Assembly (NCBI GenBank): GCA_039591655.1
Contig: JBDHDE010000001.1
Span: 1 to 64,000, forward strand
Source of the DNA: Gemmatimonadota bacterium
GTDB taxonomy: Bacteria > Gemmatimonadota > Gemmatimonadetes > Gemmatimonadales > GWC2-71-9
Direction: 5' to 3'
DNA: 64,000 nt
The notes under the pieces are model-generated. The model made no database searches, had not been told where the DNA came from, and saw only the letters and a list, made by a program, of their open reading frames with translations. The position numbers and the translations under genes are program-made. This document shows positions 59,925-64,000 of this stretch, piece after piece. The first letter of the stretch is position 1. Each line of letters begins with the position of its first letter.

Positions 59925-61281
59925 AGATCTCGACCTCCGGCACAACCTCCGACTTGGGAATCAGCGCCGGCCAGAAGGCCACGATCTCCTCGACCTTGGG
60001 CCGCCCGCCCGCGAATCCCGTGACGCTGGGAGGACCGTTCAGGATGAGGGGGGCGATCTCACGGGTGAAGCGCTGTACCGGGGCCGCCTCCCGTGCCCGG
60101 ACTCCCACGCGGAGCTGCACCTCGGCGATGTCGGGATCCGGCTCGCCAGCGAGGCGACCGTGGGTGGCATTCACCCCCACGTACTCGGTCAACACCTGCT
60201 CGAACCCCAGTCCCAGCCGCTCCAGCCGTTCCCGCAGGATCGCGTCGGCCCTGCGCGCCTTCTTGTAGGCGTCGGGCCAGGCGTACACCAGTGTGCCGAC
60301 CGCCTTGTAGCCGTACAGGTAGGAGATCGAGACCTTGTACGAGTCCGTCGCGGGCCGCCCCCGTATCCCGGAGACCCGTACCCGGTCCTTCCCTTCCTGC
60401 TCCAGGTGGATCGTGGTGAAGTCGGCGATCCCGTCGGGTGTGATGTACGTGCCGGGATCACCCATCTCGTACAGGAGCTGCTCGGTTACGCTTGCCACGG
60501 TCACCAACCCGCCCGTCCCGGAATGCTTGGTGACGGTGAACGTGCCGTCCTCGTCCATCTCGACGATCGGGTAGCCCGGATCGGCCATGTCCGGTATGCG
60601 CTCCCAATCCACGAGGCAGTTGCCCCCGGTGCACTGCGCCCCGCACTCGTTGATGTGGCCCGCAACGGTGCCGGCCGCGAGCCGGTCCCAGTCGTCCTCG
60701 GCCCACCCGAACTCGTGCAGCATGGGAGCCAGCGTGAGCCCGGTGTCGGTCACTCGACCCGTGATGACGATTGTGGCGCCCTGGCGCAGCGCTTCCACTA
60801 CCGGCCACGCACCCAGGTACACGTTGGCACTCTGCACTCGATCCCGCACCGTCTCGAGCGGCTCCCCGGTGTCGAGATTGACCAGCTTGCGGCCCCGGGC
60901 CATGAGCTCGTCGAGGCGGTCGAGGATGTCGTCGCCGGTCACCACTCCGACACGGACTCGTCCGCCCAGGCCGAGATTCTGTGCCGCCTCGTTCACGGCC
61001 TCACCGCACGCGCAGGGATTGACGCCGCCGGCGTTCGACGTGACATGGATACCGTGCTCGACGAGCTTGGGAAGCAGCCGCTCCATCAGCGGGACGAAGT
61101 CCTTGGCATAGCCAACCGCCGGATCCCGAGCGCGCTGCTTCTGCATGATGGACATCGTGACCTCGGCCAGGTAGTCCATCATCAGGTAGTCGATGGGCCC
61201 GCCCGTCACCTGGCGAACCGGCGCCTCGAGCCAATCGCCCCAGAAGCCCTGCCCCGATGCAATGCGAATGGTGCGCGTCAC
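59914..61281 (-). CDS. atuA: Acyclic terpene utilization AtuA family (DUF1446) protein
   Basis: [56 protein letters not shown]. Confidence 0.92.
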   Translation of the reverse strand: MTRTIRIASGQGFWGDWLEAPVRQVTGGPIDYLMMDYLAEVTMSIMQKQRARDPAVGYAKDFVPLMERLLPKLVEHGIHVTSNAGGVNPCACGEAVNEAAQNLGLGGRVRVGVVTGDDILDRLDELMARGRKLVNLDTGEPLETVRDRVQSANVYLGAWPVVEALRQGATIVITGRVTDTGLTLAPMLHEFGWAEDDWDRLAAGTVAGHINECGAQCTGGNCLVDWERIPDMADPGYPIVEMDEDGTFTVTKHSGTGGLVTVASVTEQLLYEMGDPGTYITPDGIADFTTIHLEQEGKDRVRVSGIRGRPATDSYKVSISYLYGYKAVGTLVYAWPDAYKKARRADAILRERLERLGLGFEQVLTEYVGVNATHGRLAGEPDPDIAEVQLRVGVRAREAAPVQRFTREIAPLILNGPPSVTGFAGGRPKVEEIVAFWPALIPKSEVVPEVEIFAA

Positions 61282-61314
61282 CGTGACTCCGCCTGGCGTC
61301 CGACCCCGGCTACT

Positions 61315-64000
61315 CTAGCGCTCCACCGCACCACGTCGGGTGGCGGCCGGACCCACTGTGGGCTCCGCGGTGACCTCGACGAACGGTACGAACCCCTCGG
61401 GCACCTCCACCTCGGGGGGCACCGGCGCGAACTGGAGCCCCAGGGCGCGTCCCGGGGTCACCTCGACGGTGGCCGCGGCGCCGTATCCCAGGGGCGGCAG
61501 GGGGACGCGCTCCGTCCCCAGGTAGGTGATCTGGACATCGGCGCGCCAGGTCTCGGCCGGGCGCACATGGGCGAAAGCGGGATACAGCTCCACGATGAGC
61601 GACGTTCCCTGCCTCGTGGAATCCAGCTCCAGCGTCAGCCGTCCGAACGGGTAGTCGAGGGGTCCGTCACGCAGCAGCAGCCCAGTGCTGTCGAACACGG
61701 TGACGCCGAAGTCCGTGAGCTGATGCCACAGGTTACCTGGCAGCTCCACATCCACGATCATCTCGGTGGCCCATGGTGGGGCCCGGGTCTTGACGAAGCG
61801 GGGGGCGGCGCCGCTGCCCTCGAGGGTCTCGCGGTGCGCCACCCCAATGAGGTCCGCACTCACCCGGGCCACGACAGGTTCGGTCCCGGTGCAGCGGAAG
61901 GAAGCGGAGGGCCCCGTGCCCAGGGATGCCACGCTCACCTCTGGTAGGGCCGCGCTGAACTCGTACTTGACGGCGTCGAGTGGAGGCGCCACGACCACTG
62001 CCTCGTACACACCCGGCACCAGGTCGTTGCCCGACACCATGAGGTTCACGGACTGCGGCTGGAGGCCTCCAGCCGCACGGCTACTGCCACCCCGGAACGG
62101 CTGCCCGTTGCGCTCGAACAGGTACACCGTGGCCTCGTCGCCCCGCCTTGGGAGGCTGAGCTCTAGGGCGAGGCCGCCGCTCCCCTCCGGCACGTCGAGG
62201 AAGTAGCGGGCAACGGCCCCGGGCGTGAGCATGCCGCGCACCTTGAGGGGCGTGTCCAGGGTGTACGGTACCACAACCGTGTTGGTGAGACCGAACGATG
62301 GTCCGGCCAGCGTATCGCTGGCGGGGCGCGCCCAAACGGTGCCGACATAGAGCCCCGGATCACGCAACTGCTCGGCGTCGTAGGAGAGACTCACCGTCAC
62401 CGGCCCGCCTCCCGGCTCCATGACGCGGGGAGTCTCGATCCACGGGGTGTCGGACTCGAGGAGCAGCCGGGCGGCCGGCTGGCCCCCTACCGAGGTGACC
62501 ACGAACCGCTGAATGGTATCCCCCGACGACGCCAGCCCCGAGCGTCGGTAAGCCGCTGATCCCCTGGATGTGTTCCCCCCATCGGGGAGCGCCTGGACGT
62601 GGTACACTCCTGCCTGATGGGCCGCCCTGAGCCAGCGGTAGGCTGCCGTCGCGTTGGGAATGCCGCTTCCCTGATCGAGCACCGTTCCACCGCCCAGCGG
62701 CCTGGCCGTGGCCTGGATGGCCTGCTTGAGGTCGATGGCCCGCACCGAGCCGCCGTTTTGCTGGATGCCCGACAGCAGGAGCGCCGCTAGCCCGGCCACA
62801 TGGGGGGCCGCCATGCTGGTGCCGCCGGAGATCTCCTCCCCCGCCTGCCAGGGAGGGACATTGGAGAACGCCACGCCCGGCGCGCAGACGTCGGGCTTGG
62901 CGACCTCCCCACCCCTGGCGCTCCACCACCCCAGCACGTCGGTCTCGGGAGCGACGCCGGGCTGGGGCGCCTTGGCAAACACGCCGGGGAACAGCGCGCA
63001 CACCGATAGTGAGTAGGCCGCCGAGCCCGGGAATCCGAGACTCGAGATTCCCGGCCCGTCGTTGCCGACGCTGATCACGAACAGCACATCGGGGTGCTTG
63101 AGGCTGAATTCATTGATGAGGGAGTCGATGGCCGCGATCCCTTCGAGCTCGTTCCCGACCCCGAAGCTGAGGTTGAGCACCAGCGGCAGCGCGCGCCGGC
63201 GGGCGAAGTTCGCGGCGTAGTTCATCGCCCGCACCATGCTGCCGGTCACGGAGATGCCGCCCCGCGTATTGTTCGAGATCTTGAGGCCCAGGAGCTGGGC
63301 GCCGGGTGCCACCCCATCGAACCCTTCGACACCGAACATGTTGTGCCCTGCCGCGATGCCGGCGACGTGGGTTCCGTGACCCGAGTTGTCGAGGAAGAAA
63401 TCCAGGACGGGACGGCCATCCTCCTCGGAGAAGTTGACCGCAATGGTCATCGACCCCGACCCCTCACCACCCATGGGACTCAGGTAGGAGAAGGTCTCGG
63501 CGGCTACCAGGTAGTCGTGCACCGGGCGCTCGTCGTCGAGCATGCCGTCACCGTCGGTGTCCGTCACCACCACCCAGCCGCCGCTGGCCCGGCCCACGAC
63601 CACGGGGAACTCGTCGGTCATGCGGCCGTTGTCGTTCACGTCGGCTGCCGGCGTGGCGCCGAGCGTGATCTCCCGGAACAGCCCGCCATAGTAGGGACCC
63701 GCCGCGAAGCCGGCCACCCGTGCGAATCCGGCCAGGCGATGGCCCATGACCTCCATGGTACCTTCGACGCCGCGGGCTATCGGGGACAGGGGGATGCGCC
63801 CCTCGCCTGAGAAATCCCTCAGATCCAGGATCTTGCGCACACCGTGGCCGGTCACCTGTAACCCCGGCACCACGGCATCGAGCCCGCTGTCCAGGATGCC
63901 GATCACCACGCCGCGTCCGTCGTAGGTCGGGTAGGCTAGACGGAACGAATCCACCCCGATGCTTCGCACCGGCATCAGCCCCGCCAGCATGGCGTACTGC
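61315..64000 (-). CDS. S8 subtilisin-family protease, tripeptidyl-peptidase II-like (5' end outside window)
   Basis: YDGRGVVIGILDSG, HGTHVAGIAAG, GNDGP, GTSMAAPHVAG. Frame is still open at 64000. Confidence 0.92.
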   Translation of the reverse strand, partial: QYAMLAGLMPVRSIGVDSFRLAYPTYDGRGVVIGILDSGLDAVVPGLQVTGHGVRKILDLRDFSGEGRIPLSPIARGVEGTMEVMGHRLAGFARVAGFAAGPYYGGLFREITLGATPAADVNDNGRMTDEFPVVVGRASGGWVVVTDTDGDGMLDDERPVHDYLVAAETFSYLSPMGGEGSGSMTIAVNFSEEDGRPVLDFFLDNSGHGTHVAGIAAGHNMFGVEGFDGVAPGAQLLGLKISNNTRGGISVTGSMVRAMNYAANFARRRALPLVLNLSFGVGNELEGIAAIDSLINEFSLKHPDVLFVISVGNDGPGISSLGFPGSAAYSLSVCALFPGVFAKAPQPGVAPETDVLGWWSARGGEVAKPDVCAPGVAFSNVPPWQAGEEISGGTSMAAPHVAGLAALLLSGIQQNGGSVRAIDLKQAIQATARPLGGGTVLDQGSGIPNATAAYRWLRAAHQAGVYHVQALPDGGNTSRGSAAYRRSGLASSGDTIQRFVVTSVGGQPAARLLLESDTPWIETPRVMEPGGGPVTVSLSYDAEQLRDPGLYVGTVWARPASDTLAGPSFGLTNTVVVPYTLDTPLKVRGMLTPGAVARYFLDVPEGSGGLALELSLPRRGDEATVYLFERNGQPFRGGSSRAAGGLQPQSVNLMVSGNDLVPGVYEAVVVAPPLDAVKYEFSAALPEVSVASLGTGPSASFRCTGTEPVVARVSADLIGVAHRETLEGSGAAPRFVKTRAPPWATEMIVDVELPGNLWHQLTDFGVTVFDSTGLLLRDGPLDYPFGRLTLELDSTRQGTSLIVELYPAFAHVRPAETWRADVQITYLGTERVPLPPLGYGAAATVEVTPGRALGLQFAPVPPEVEVPEGFVPFVEVTAEPTVGPAATRRGAVER

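Overview
High-GC (about 70% by eye) bacterial chromosome segment. Gene content and protein style suggest Gemmatimonadota, but this is inference only. Layout: (1) 1-17035 is a tightly coupled minus-strand housekeeping run (pepA, OM beta-barrel, yicC, gmk, rpoZ, coaBC, udg, dnaB, radA, ispD, tsaC, LMW phosphatase, aroE, comF, gap, pgk, tpiA, secG, carA). (2) 17229-25523 is an accessory patch around tRNA-Leu(CAA): an SPFH protein, small unknowns, a membrane M15-like peptidase, a CheY-like receiver with (D/E)RR repeats bracketed by identical hairpins, an M28 peptidase and an ECF sigma/anti-sigma/periplasmic-sensor trio. (3) 25706-37775 is a TetR(PaaR)-controlled, atypical Paa-like aryl-CoA epoxidase operon with a split PaaD, no PaaE/PaaK/PaaZ in the cluster, and embedded GDPD, amidohydrolase and DASS transporter genes. 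(4) Next come a bacterial vasohibin-like Cys protease beside a D-amino-acid aminotransferase, a Ser/Thr kinase and a SARP/AAA regulator. (5) The remainder holds rng-rplU-rpmA, a ProX editing factor, nfeD-floA-yqfB-like plus acyl-CoA dehydrogenase, a membrane spermidine-synthase-like protein, a short RecQ, and an operon from a TPP II-like S8 protease through a split AtuA. No CRISPR, rRNA, transposase or integrase was seen. All assignments are by motif recognition, without database searches.
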